Source: Squalus acanthias (Eukaryota). From it: DNA of 64,000 nt. Positions 37,363 through 49,729 of the stretch are shown piece by piece. The translations under genes and the position numbers were made by a program. The notes under the pieces were generated by a model that worked only from the letters and a program-made list of their open reading frames with translations, was not told the origin of the DNA and ran no database searches. Each line of letters opens with the position of its first letter. The first letter of the stretch is position 1. The stretch spans positions 106,332,001-106,396,000 of the forward strand of contig CM059432.1 in assembly GCA_030390025.1 (NCBI GenBank), in the 5' to 3' direction.

Positions 37363-38231
37363 GGGGCGAAATTCCCCTCGTTTGCGTCTCCAGTGGAGGC
37401 GCTAACGGGGCGCGAATGGCTTTGCACCCCGAGGTGATAACCGCGCCTCCTGCGAAACTCCGCTGGAGGTTAGCGGCGGCGCTACCGGGTAGCGCCCCGA
37501 TCTTCTGCGCCCGGAGATCATGGTGTCATCTCTGGGCGCAGCGCCCTGGTAGCACCGCGGAAGAAAAATTTGCAATCACGCCCCGCAGCAGTGCCGGGCG
37601 ATGTTACCGACTGCTGCAGGGGTCGCGAACACTGAGGCCGGCCGCTTGCGGGGCGCAACTTAAAGGCGTGGTGGGTGGCCGGCCAAAAATATCTAGTGAT
37701 TTTTAAAAGTATTTATTTTTGGCTTCCGTGTCGCGATCAGTCAGCCCGGCACTCTGCATGAGTGCCAGGCTGATCGTACAGCATTCCTGCTCCCCGGTGG
37801 CCCAGATATCTAAAAATAAACCTGCAGAGCTCGCAGTGGGGAGCCCTTCCCTTTAATTGAGGGAAGAGCCCCTGCAACGCAGCAGCACCACTACGACAGC
37901 AAAATACTGCGGATGCTGGAAATCCGAAATAACAACAGAAAACGCTGGAAAAACTCAGCAGGCCAGGCAGCACCCGTGGAGAGAGAAACAGAGTTAACGT
38001 TTCAGGTCGGGCCACCTGCGGTGCTGCTGAGCACTTCGCCCCAGATTGGGACATTCCCCGCATCTTGCGCTCCAAGAGGCAAGTGGAGCACTTGATTTAG
38101 CACTCCACTTGCCTCTTGGAAGAAAAAAATGGGAATTTAATTAATGTTTGAAAAGGTTAGCGCCTGGCACTAACTTTCCAAACATTTTTTTGCTTAGCGC
38201 CCCAAACAGCCCTCATGGGGAATTTCACCCC
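37363..38231. mobile_element. Non-autonomous DNA transposon (PIF/Harbinger-like MITE) containing a Penelope-type 3' fragment at ~37895-38010
   Basis: 15-bp TIRs GGGGCGAAATTCCCC (37363-37377) / GGGGAATTTCACCCC (38217-38231); AAT lies one base outside each end; CpG-rich interior. Confidence 0.7.
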
Positions 38232-38430
38232 GAATGGCTTCAGAAGAGGAGCGTTATGGGAAGAAAATCAGAAGAAAATTTAAAAATATCAATTCATCTT
38301 ATTTAATAAAAAAAGGTTGAACTTAATAAAATCTGGTTGATCAGACCAACCTATATACAACAGTAAATTTCAATTTTAAAAGCTGAAATATTATCAACAT
38401 CTTTGCAAGTAAGTCCTATATCTGCCTTAC

Positions 38431-38483
38431 CTTCATTTGTGTATCTTTTGCCATAACAATTAAGGCAATGTTCTATCATTTCC
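38431..38483 (-). CDS. DSCC1: DSCC1 exon 6: (R)EMIEHCLNCYGKRYTNE(G)
   Basis: 53 nt, AG/GT boundaries, phases fit both neighbours; human EMIEHCLKCYGKKYVDEG. Confidence 0.95.
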
Positions 38484-39309
38484 CTGTTGGGGAAAAACAC
38501 AACCACAGTTAAATATAGTAAACAAATTAATGAGAGATAAAATGGACCTTGCTCAGATTAAATGGACGGAAAAAATTGGCAATTAGAAATGTACCTCAAC
38601 AAATGGGAAATGTTTAAAAAGGAAATAGAAAGTGTACAGATAGAATCTTACAGCACAGAAGGTGGTCATTCGGCCCATTGTACCTGCGCCGACTCTTTGA
38701 AAAAGCTATCCAAATAGTCCCACACCCCTGCTCTTTCCCCTTAGCCCTGCACATTTTTCCTTGTCAAGTGTATATCCAATTCCCTTTCGAAAGTTACGAT
38801 TGAAACTGCTTTCATCACCCTTTCAGGCAGCACATTCCAGATCATAACAACTCACTCAAGTTTATTCTAGTAAGGAAGAAAGGGAGTATATCGAAGGCTG
38901 GACTTCTATGGTTGAATAGGGAGACAAGATCAAATTTGAAACAAAAACAGTATTTAGCAGTTGCAGAACAAATCATCAAAATGAAAACCAGTACAAATAC
39001 AAAGAAAACAGAAAAGCTGCAAAAAGGAAGAGTGGAAAGGTTAAGAGGGAGTATGCGAAAAAAAGTTTTTTTTAAAAACTAAGGACAATAAAAAAAAAGG
39101 ATTTCTATAGGCACATTAGCAGTAAGAGAATGGGCAAGGAAGGGATAGAGCCTCGAAGAGATAAAGAAGGCAAGCCTGTGTGGAAAGCAAGGGAATGGCA
39201 GTGATATCAATAAACAATTTGCCTCAGTTTTCACAGAGGAGGTAGGTAACAAGATTGTTATCTCATTATAACGGTGTTGAACATCCTCCAAAAAACTTGG
39301 AGACTACTT

Positions 39310-40362
39310 TTTTTTTAATTCATTCATTCATGGGATGTGAGTGTTGCTGGCAAGGCCAGCATTTATTGCCCATCCCCAATTGCCTTTGAGAAGGTGGTGG
39401 TGAGCCGCCTTCTTGAACCTCTGCAGTCCGTGTGGTGAAGGTATTCCCACAGTGCTGTTAGGTGGGGAGGACCAGGATTTTGAGCCAGCGACGATATATT
39501 TCCAAGTCAGGATGGTGTATGTCTTGGAGGGGATCTTGGATGTGATGATGTTCCCATGCGCCTGCTGCCCTTGTCCTTCTAGGTGGTAAAGATCGCGGGT
39601 TTGGGAGTTGCTGCCGAAGAAGCCTTGGCGAGTTGCTGCAGTGCATTTTGTAGATGGTACACACTGCAGCCACGGTACGCCGGTGATGGAGGGAGTGTAT
39701 GTTTGAGGTGGTGGACGGGGTGCCAATCAAACGGACTGCTTTGTCCTGGATGGTGCCAAGCTTCTTGAGTGTTGTTGGAGCTGCACTCATCCAGGCAAGT
39801 GGAGAATATTCCATCACACTCTTAACTTGTGCCTTGTAGATGGTGGAAAGGCTTTGGGGAGTCGGGAGGTGAGACACTCGCCGCAGAATACGTAGCCTCT
39901 GACCTGCTCTTGTAGCCACAGTACTTATGTGGCTGGTCCAGTTAAGTTTCTGGTCAATGGTGACCCCCAGGATGTTGATAGTCGGAGATTCGGTGATGGT
40001 AATGCCGTTGAATGTCATGGGGCGGTGGTTAGACTCTCTCTTGTCGCAGATCGTCACTGCCTGGCACTTGTGTGGTGCGAATGTTACTTGTCACTTATCA
40101 GCCCAACCCTGAATGTCATCCAGGTCTTGCTGCATGCGGGTATGGACTGCTTCATTATTTGAGGAATAGCGAATGGAACACTGTGCAATTATCAGCGAAC
40201 ATCCCCACTTCTGATCTGATGATGGAGGAAAGGTCACTGATGAAGCCGCTGAAGATGGTTGGGCCTCGGACACTGCCCTCAGGAACTCCTGCAGCCACGT
40301 CCTGGGGCTCAGATGATTGACCTTCAACAACCACAAACATCTTCCTTTGTGCTAGGTATGAC
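39310..40362 (-). mobile_element. LINE family B 3' part
   Basis: ORF 39458-40057 (INILGVTIDQKLNWTSH..MEYSPLAW) and MFADN. Confidence 0.88.
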
Positions 40363-43300
40363 ATATATCTGTCATCCAGACATTATGTACAGACAAACCC
40401 AGAGGTATCTTGTCAGAATGCGACCATTTTACCCTTAAAATACAGACCGACAAAATATGCTCCATCCAAGCTAGAGACAAGGCAGCAAGGTCTGGAGCTT
40501 CCTCCACATTTGTGCCCAGAGACATGCTTTATCTGGGCGCAAACCAATTATGTGGCTTAAAAGATAGTGGAATTTTGGACATACATAAGTGAGTTATGCA
40601 CAAAACAACAAGTCTCCTCAATCTGTTGTTAGGTCATCCATCAAACGCTCCGCGCAAACGATTCCATGCCCACAAAACTGACCACGCCCCCAAGTCTCAA
40701 ATGCAAGCATCATCCAATTGCGCTTGTTCGGAAGCTCTCTTCACATTGTGACCAGATTTTCAGGTGCAGCAGGAAAGAAAATAATTCTTCTGGTGTTTAA
40801 TTGGAATTTGTTTAGCATTTTTTATGAAGACATCCTCACTGAGATCTGCTCTGCATTTTCTGTGTCTTTTTAAAATGCATTTTTGTTGCACAAGTATAAA
40901 TCACATTAAAATTGAAAACCTTTGCCGATTCCAGGTTCCTAAACGTGCTGTGCTTAATGAATGATGGTTAAATGAGTTTAAACTTAAAGAAGAAATATAT
41001 GGTGAGGGTTCGGCACTTTCCTTGGGCCCCGACTGTTTACTCTGATATACACCCATCTTAAGTTTGGGCGTATTCTAATTAGATTGAGAGGGTACTTGGG
41101 TGTAACTTGACATTGGCAAAATGGGCACATTTTTGTGTCTAACTTCCAGGTTGCGCCCACAGAGGAAACTCCAGACCACTATATTCTGGAACAATCTACT
41201 GGAATCAAAGATTCTTTCCTCCCAAGGCCACCTCCCCTACCCCAAGATGATAATCTCTAATTAATTATGTTGTTTAAAAAACCTGTTCCACAGTGGCCTT
41301 TAAAAGTAATTGCTGTCTCACAGCAATAAGTACGGTTTTAAATTTTAAGCAGTGATTGAAATAGACAATCAGAGAACTGTACTACATTTCACACACTTCA
41401 GATGTGGTTTTCAAATCCTTCGTTAAGTGCGGTGATAAACTAAAGGCCAAAAATAAACCTTTCTTTGCCTAGACTAGAAAAAAAACATAATCAAGTTGGA
41501 AAAAACTGGGACTTATTATAAGTGCCAAGATGTTATTGTGGAAAGCAACATTTTAATGGGAAAAAGGATCTGAACTTCTAAGCAACAAAAAAAAACTGTT
41601 CCAAGACAGTCTGGCAAGATCCTATTATTCTGTACGTACAGCATTCAGTCCCATCATGTGGAATTGTTTACCCCACTGTGGCATACACATTATTTATATT
41701 CAGCAGCATACTGTAATATGGAAGCAAATCCAACGTCTTGCTGGAGAAATAACAGCACATTAGATCTTTAAATGCAGTCTAGTAAGTCACCAGAAAATTT
41801 GGCCAAAACATTGATTTTTTTCAGTTGTATGGTACAGCTGAGAAAAAAGTGTTTTTTAATTGGCATCTACAAGGGAGAAACAGCCTACTCTAACCCGTCC
41901 ATTAATTTGCAGATCACCATCACACAAATTATTTAAACTCCACTTTGGTGTGCGAGGGCAGAGGTGTTCAAGGTCAATGGATTAAAAAAAGCTATTTGTC
42001 ACACAGGCAAGAGGGACTGAATGGCCTACTCCTATTCCTATGTATTTACTCCTACACTTATTTACAGGAGTGGGTGGGGGGAAGAAATAAATCTTCTTTG
42101 GCACTGAAATGAATGATGTCGGAGTATTAAGATGTTGCTTTATGCCTGCAATTCCCAACAGAGACTTCTAGATCTCAGTCCTGCTGTCAAGCAGGCACTT
42201 GCCATTTCCCCCAAAGGTGGGAAGGAGGGAGAGGGTGAAAGATTTACACATACATCCTCGAGAGGCCTGGCTCAAGATGAAAAATAGAGCAAGCTGTTGG
42301 GAGGAGGGAAAGCAGGCTAACAAATGGAGACATTTAATCATTTTTATTTCACCTTGAGATAATTTAATTGAACTCTGTCTGTAACTTGGCACAATATTTT
42401 AGGCCACATTTCTCAGTAACTCCCAGCAACTGCTCTTCATGGTGGCTAAGCCACCAATAAATTGTTAAACAACTATGTTCTTTACAAGATGTTTAAAATT
42501 ATCATGCTATACAAATATATAATGTTAACACTAATTGCTGTACCAAATCAAGAGCCTATTCCATTCACGCCATCTTTGAGTGGCACAATGAAATCCGCCA
42601 CAGGAGTGGTGAGGGGAAGAGGGGCGAGGAGCAAACACTGTGTACTTAATTTGATACATACCCTTCCCGTCAGTACAGACGCACAATAAGATAAGCCACT
42701 GAGGGACCATTTACATTGTCATGGGGACAGCAAAACCGCTTATCCTCTGACTCACCATGAACAACGCAATGCAAGATCTCAGTTTGTAAAAATGCTACTT
42801 AATTAACTTGATTGCTTTCTAACATGGAACAAGACACCAGCTAGACCATTGGAACATGCATTTACTCCAGCACCATAGATACACTTCTATTACAAAGAAA
42901 ATCATGAAGATTTATAAAACTTCTGGAAAAAAAATCTCTTACTGCTGTAAAAATGCCCACTGCAACAATACTTTTAATTTCTCTTAACAAGGCTTTAGTT
43001 GGGTCAAAATGAAAGCAGTTATATTTGGCTCATTATCTTTCCTCTATTTCTACTGTATAGAGAGATATTTGGCTGTAAATAATATCGAATAATTCACGAT
43101 ACTTTTTCCATCTTCAAAAACTTTTGGCTTCCGTTACATCAATATCCTTTTCCTCCCCCTCTCTTGTGAAATCAATGACTAATACTGACGGCAGTTTCAG
43201 AGGCACCAGTGGCCCTCAGATTCCCAATCCTGTCCTCACTGACGTCTACACACATGCACTTTTCACCAGTAGTCATTACATAGCATCTAGGAGCACGAAC

Positions 43301-44612
43301 CCCATTAGATTTTCCTCCTCCCTAGACTAGGCCACTGGGGACATCTGCAGTGCTCCTACTGTTGCCCCATTCTAGATCTTTCTGGTTTGCATCATTTGCC
43401 CACTGAATCAGCAGTAGAGCAAAGATCAAATGGTTGAAGATCAGCTGAGCCCCAAGGGCATCATACAGCCTGATGATCCATTCCCAAACAGAAAAATATT
43501 TAGATTCCAGATTTACAATTATACTTTCCCATTTGAGTCTGTGTCGAAGTTCATATTTGCCAATGTGACAAGAACACTTAACAATGAATGTACTCCAAAG
43601 AAATGAGAACATTTAACCTATTGAGAATATAAACAAGTTTAATTCAAACATCTGTGTTCACTGTCAAAGCAAAATCATTGTTGTCAAAAATGGTTAGCAA
43701 TCATACAAGTCAATGTAAAAGTGCATAGTTTTTCTGCAAATTACATCCTTGACTGTATGATGTAAAAAAAAAATCATGCACTTATATAGCACATTTGCAA
43801 TCTGTAAAACTAAAGTCCACTATATTGAGCTTGAATGTCTGAATCGGCAATGTATTTGTTCAGTTACTCCCACGTTACTAGCATCTTCCCTAACTGCCAC
43901 CAATAGTAAAATAGAATTTTAAGCACTGCCACTATAATGGATGTACACAAAACAAAGATAAAGTGATGCATTTAGCATCAAGGTCCAGCCTGTATGTTTG
44001 TGACACTATTGTTTAGCTGCAGTACCCTATAGTTTGAAATGATTATATAATTTCCAACTAAACAAAAAGGCCTTTACCTTAGACAAAAGCAAACAGACAA
44101 ACTTTTCAAAGACTTCATTTAATATAAATAAACACATCTCGATGTTAACTCCGCTCAAGAAAGCACACTGAAATTGAAGGCATTTCAAAAAATGCAGAAA
44201 AAAATTCCATATTTAATGGTTGAAGTGAATCACCAGATCATTTATACAACCAAGTAGCATTTGTATAGAAGGGCTATTTTTAAAAAAATAATAAGACTTC
44301 TCTTTCTTTATTTTTAAATAAAATTGTTTTTCTCATTCTCATTGTTTTTGGACCAAGCACAATCATGAGCCACACAGGCAGGTGGGCAAGCTTCTCTCTG
44401 GCTTCAGTCAATGTAAGTCTGCAACCAGCTGGTAGGAAGTGTACAAGTGTCCTTCACTGGCAACCAGCAGGAATTCTGCACACAAAGGATTATGGTTGCC
44501 AACTCATTCCGACGACTCCATGACAGATGTTATGTCACCACATCATTCAACAAAGTTTCAATTCTAACAGCTGTGCAACTTTGAGTCTGTGAATCTCAAT
44601 GTATAGGTGTTC

Positions 44613-47600
44613 ATAGAATCATAGAAATGTACAGCACAGAAGGAGGACATTCGGCCCATCTTGTCCATGCCGGCCGACAAAGAGCTATCCACCCTAATCC
44701 CACTTTCAAGCACTTGGTCCGTAGCCCTGTAGGTTACGGCACTTCAAATGCATATCCAAGTACTTTTTAAATGTGATGAGGGTCTCTGCCTCTACCACCC
44801 TTTCAGGCAGTGAGTTCTAGACCCCACCACCCTCTGGGTGAAAACATTTCTCCTCAAATCCCCTCTAAACCTCCGACCAATTACTTTAAATCTATGCCCC
44901 CTGGTTATTGACCCTTCTGCCAAGGGAAAAAGGTCCCTCCTATCCACTCTATTTAGGCCCCTCATAATTTTATACACCTCAATTAGGTCCCCCCTCAGCC
45001 TCCTCTGTTCAAAGAAAACAACCCCAGCCTATCCAGTCTTTTCTCATAGCTAAAATTCCCCAGCCCAGGCAACATCCTCGTAAATCTCCTCTGTACCTCC
45101 TCTAGTGCAATCACATCCTTCCTGTAATGTGGTGACCAGAACTGCACGCAGTATTCTAGCTGCGGCCTAACTAGTGTTTTATACAGTTCAAGCATAACCT
45201 CCCTGCTCTTGTATTCTACGCCTCGGCTAATAAAGGCAAGTATCCCGTATGCCTTCTTAACCACCTTATCTACCTGTCCTGCTACCTTCAGCGATATGTG
45301 ACATGCACTCCAAGGTCCCTCTGATCTTCTGTACTTCTCAGTGTCCTACCATTTATTGTGTATTCCCTTGCCTTGTTAGCCCTCCCCAAATGCATTACCT
45401 CACACTTCTCCAGATTGAATTCCATTTGCCACTGTTCTGCCGACCTGACCAGTCCACTGATATCTTCCTGCAGTCTGCAGCTTTCTTCTTCATTATCAAT
45501 CACACGGCCAATTTTTGTATCATCTGCAAACTTCTTGATCATACTTCCTACATTCAAGTCCAAATCATTGATATATGCCACAAAAAGCAAAGGACCCAGT
45601 ACTGAGCCCTGCGGAACCCCACTGGAAACAGCCTTCAAGTCATAAAAAGACCCTTTGACCATTACCCTTTGTTTCCTGCCTCTGAGCCAATTTGGAACCA
45701 ACTTGCTACTTTGCCTTGGATCCCATGGGCTTTTACTTTCGTGACCAGTCTGCCATGCGGGACCTTATCAAAAGCCTTGCTAAAATCCATATAGACTACA
45801 TCAAATGTACTACCCTCATCGACCCTCCTTGCTACCTCCTCAAAAAATTCAATCAAGTTAGTCAGACACGACCTTACCTTAACAAATCCATGCTGACTGT
45901 CCCTGATTAATCCGTGGCTTTCTAAATGAAGATTTATCCTGTCCCTCAGAACTTGTTCCAATAATTTTCCCACCACCGAGGTTAGGCTGACTGGCCTGTA
46001 ATTACTTGGTCTAACCCTTCTCTCCCATTTTAAACAACGGTACCACGTTAGCAGTCCTCCAGTCCTCTGGCACCACACCTGTAGCCAGAGAGGATTGGAA
46101 AATGATGGTCAGAGCCTCTGCTATTTCCTCTCTTAACAGTCTGGGATACATTTCATCCGGGCCTGGGGATTTATCCACTTTCAAAGAAACTAAACCCCTT
46201 AATACTTCCTCTTTCACTATGTTTATTTCATCTAATATTTCACACTTCTCCCTGGTTGCTATTTCTGCATCATCCCTCTCTTTTGTGAAAACAGACGCAA
46301 AGTATTCATTAAGAACCCTACCCATGTCTTCTGCTTCCACACACAGGTTACCTTTATGGTCCCCAATAGGCCCTACTCTTACTTTAGTTATCCTCTTGCT
46401 CTTAATGTATTTATAAAACATCTATGGGTTTTCCTTGATTTTACTTGCCAATATTTTTTCATGCCCTCTCTTTGCTTTCCTTATTTCCTTTTTGATTTCA
46501 TCCCTGCACTTCCTATACTCATGTCGGCTTTCTGCAGTATTGAGTCCTCAGTATCTGTCATAAGCTTCTCTTTTTTTCCTTTATCCTACCCTGTATGCCC
46601 TTGACATCCACGGAGCTCTAGATTTGGGAGTCCCACCTTTTTTCTTTAAGGGAACATACTTGCTCTGAACCCTCACTATCTCCTCCTCGAATGCCTCCCA
46701 CTGCTCTGACACTGATTTACCTTCAAGTTTCTGTCTCCAGTCCACTTTGTCTAAATCACCTCTCAGCTTAGTAAAATTAGCTTTTCCCCAAACTGAGAAC
46801 TTTTATTCCTGGTCCATCCTTGTCCTTTTCCATAACTACCCTAAATCTAACTGAATTATGATCACTACCACCAATATGCTCTCCCACTGATGCCCTTTCC
46901 AACTGCCCAGCTTCATTCCCTAAAACTAGGTCCAGAACCGCCCCCTCTCTTGTTGGGCTTGCTACGTACTGGCTAAAAAAGTTCTTAAAATGCATTTTAA
47001 GAATTCTGCTCCCTCTATACCCTTCACATTCATTTTATCCCAGTTAATATTAGGGTAATTGAAATCCCCTATTATTACTGCCCTATTTTTGCACATCTAG
47101 AAATTTGCCTACATATTTGCTCTTCTATCTCCCTCTGACTGTTTGGGGGTCTACAGTACACTCCCAGCAGTGTGATTGCCCCTTTTTTGTTTTTCAGTTC
47201 AACCCATATGGCCTCATTTGATGATCCTTCCAAGATATTATCCTCCTCACAGCTGTAATTGTTTCTTTAATCAATATTGTGACCCCCATCCTTTTTTATC
47301 CCCCTCTCTATCTCGTCTGAAAACCCTGTAACCAGGAATGTTGAGCTGCCATTCCTGCCCTTCTTTCAGCCATGTCTCAGTAATACCTATAATATCATAC
47401 TCCCACATGTCTACCTGTGCCCTCAGCTCATCTGCTTTATTCCCTAGACTCCTTGCATTGAAGTATATACCATTTAGCACTGCCAAACTCCCTTGTTGTC
47501 TATTTTCTAGCCTTTGTCTCCTCTGCCTACCAAACTCACTAATTTTCTGCCTTCCATTTCCAGCTTTGCTTCTCTCCCTTCTGAATCCACTCTCAGGTTC

Positions 47601-48166
47601 CCATCGCCCTGCCAAGCTAGTTTAAACCCTCCCAACAGCACGAGTAAACCCCGCCGCGAGGATATTGGTTCCGGTCCTGTTGAGGTGCAACCTGTCCAGC
47701 TTGTACAGGTCCCACCTCCCCCCAGAAACAGTCCCAATGCCTCAGGAATCTAAAGCCCTCCCCCCTGCACCATCTCTCCAGCCACGCATTCAACTGCTCT
47801 ATCCTCCTGTTTCTGTACTCACTAGCACGTGGCACTGGGAGTAATCCGGAGATTACTACCTTTGAGGTCCTACTTTTTAATCTCTTTCCTAGCTCCCTAA
47901 AATCTGCCTGCAGGACCTCATCTCTCTTTCTACCTATGTTGTTGGTACCGATGTGGACCACGACCTCTGGCTGTTCACTCTCCTCCCTCAGAATGTCCGG
48001 CAGCTGTTCAGTGACATCTTTGACCCTAGCACCAGGGAAGCAACATACCATCCTGGAGTCACCTCTGCGGCCACAGAAATGCCTGTCTATTCCCCTGACT
48101 ATCGAATCCCCTACCACTATTGCTCTTCCACTCTTCTTCCTCCACACCTGTGGAGCTGAGCCACCC
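44613..48166 (-). mobile_element. CR1 LINE, near full length (partial ORF1 SGNH esterase + frameshifted ORF2)
   Basis: ORF1 motifs IVVGDSIVRG, CFPGA and VHIGTN; ORF2 motifs YFNARSL, ITETWL and KFADD; flanked by 86-bp direct repeats. Confidence 0.93.
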
Positions 48167-48714
48167 ATGTTATGTCACCACATCATCCAACAAAGTTTCA
48201 ATTCTAACAGCTGTGCAACTTTGAGTCTGTGAATCTCAATGTATAGGTGTTCTGTGTGCAATTAAATTCAGTGTGAGGTCATCCACTTTGGACCCAAGAA
48301 AGATAGATCAGAGTATTTTCTAAATGGAGAGAAGCTAAGATTTGTGGAGGAGCAGAGAGATTTAGGGGCCCCTAAAAGCTAGTGGACAGGTACACAAAAT
48401 AATTTAAAAGGTTAATGGAATGGAACAGGTAGAAACAAGTACGACGTCATAAACAGCACAGCTCAGGAAGCTTCTTCTTGGCGTGCCAAGATTTTATCTT
48501 TGGATTTCAGTTAAAAAAGAATGACTAGATTTGACTTAATCTTCCTCCTCTTTTCGACTAATTTCCTCAGTCCCACCCCCCCCCACCCCACCCCTCACCC
48601 TCACCCAAGCCACCACCTTCATCTGTGAGCCTACATGAGAGTCAGCAGGCTATTCTACCCGAGTGGCAGCACAGCAAGCCTGATGCTGATGTCGCCCAAT
48701 GTTCTCCGACACAC

Positions 48715-48890
48715 GGGATAATTTCAGCCTAACTCGCTTGACGGGAAACTGACAGGATCGGGTGGAATGCTGGATTTACACCACCACCGATATTACCCAA
48801 TGGAGAGTAAAATCGGGCGAGGTGTAAAACCAGCCTTGCACCCGATCCCGTCAGTTTCCCCGCCAGGCGAGTCAGGATAAAATTGCTCCC
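48715..48890. mobile_element. Palindromic MITE (whole-element hairpin)
   Basis: The left half is an imperfect reverse complement of the right half around a ~10-nt loop. Confidence 0.7.
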
Positions 48891-49729
48891 ACAGGTTCCT
48901 ACAGGGTTCACTGCATAACAATCAGGAGTGGATAATCTGCTGGTCAATTTTGCCCTCCTGTCTGGCTCAAAGGCCACTTGCTGTAACGCTCGGCTGAAAT
49001 CAGCCAATTCAGCACAGACTAGGTATTGAACAAAGCATGTTTGTGGACTGTATGGCCCAGCGAGACGCTGGCTTAACCAGCTCATAAGAACATAAGAACT
49101 TGAGAATTAGGAGCAGGAGTAGGCCATACGGCCCCTTGAGCCGGTTCTGTCATTCAATAAGATCATGGCTGACCTTCAACCTCAACTCCACTTTCCCGCC
49201 TGATCTCCATATCCCTGGATTCCCCTGAAGACCAAAAATCTATCTATCTCAGCCTTGAATATACTCAATGATTCAGCATTCACAGCCCTTTGAGGTAGAG
49301 AATTCCAAAGATTCACAACCCTCTGGGTGAAGAAATTTCTCCTCATCTCAGTCTTAAATGGCCAACCCCTTATCCTGAGACTATGCCCCCTAGTTCTAGA
49401 CTCTCCAGCCAGGGGAAACAACTTCTCAGCATCTACCCTGTCAATCCCCTTCAGAATCTTGCATGTTTCAATGAGATCACCTCTCATTCTTCTAAATTCC
49501 AGAGAGTATAGGCCCAATCTACTCAATCTCTCCTCATAGGACAACCCTCTCAGCCCAGGAATCAATCTAGTGAACCTTCGTTGCACCGCCTCTAAGGCAA
49601 GTATATCCTTCCTCAGATAAGGAGACCAAAGCTGTGCACAGTACTCCAGGTGTGGTCTCACCAAAGCCCCGTACAATTGTAGCAAGACTTCCTTACTCTT
49701 GTACTCCAACTCCCTTGCAACAAAGGCCA

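Noticed and set aside
40400..41180. Possible old DNA transposon
   Set aside because: There are CpG-containing patches but no convincing TIR pair.
47617..48168. Stand-alone GDSL/SGNH esterase gene
   Set aside because: It is the known esterase domain of CR1 ORF1, directly upstream of CR1 ORF2.
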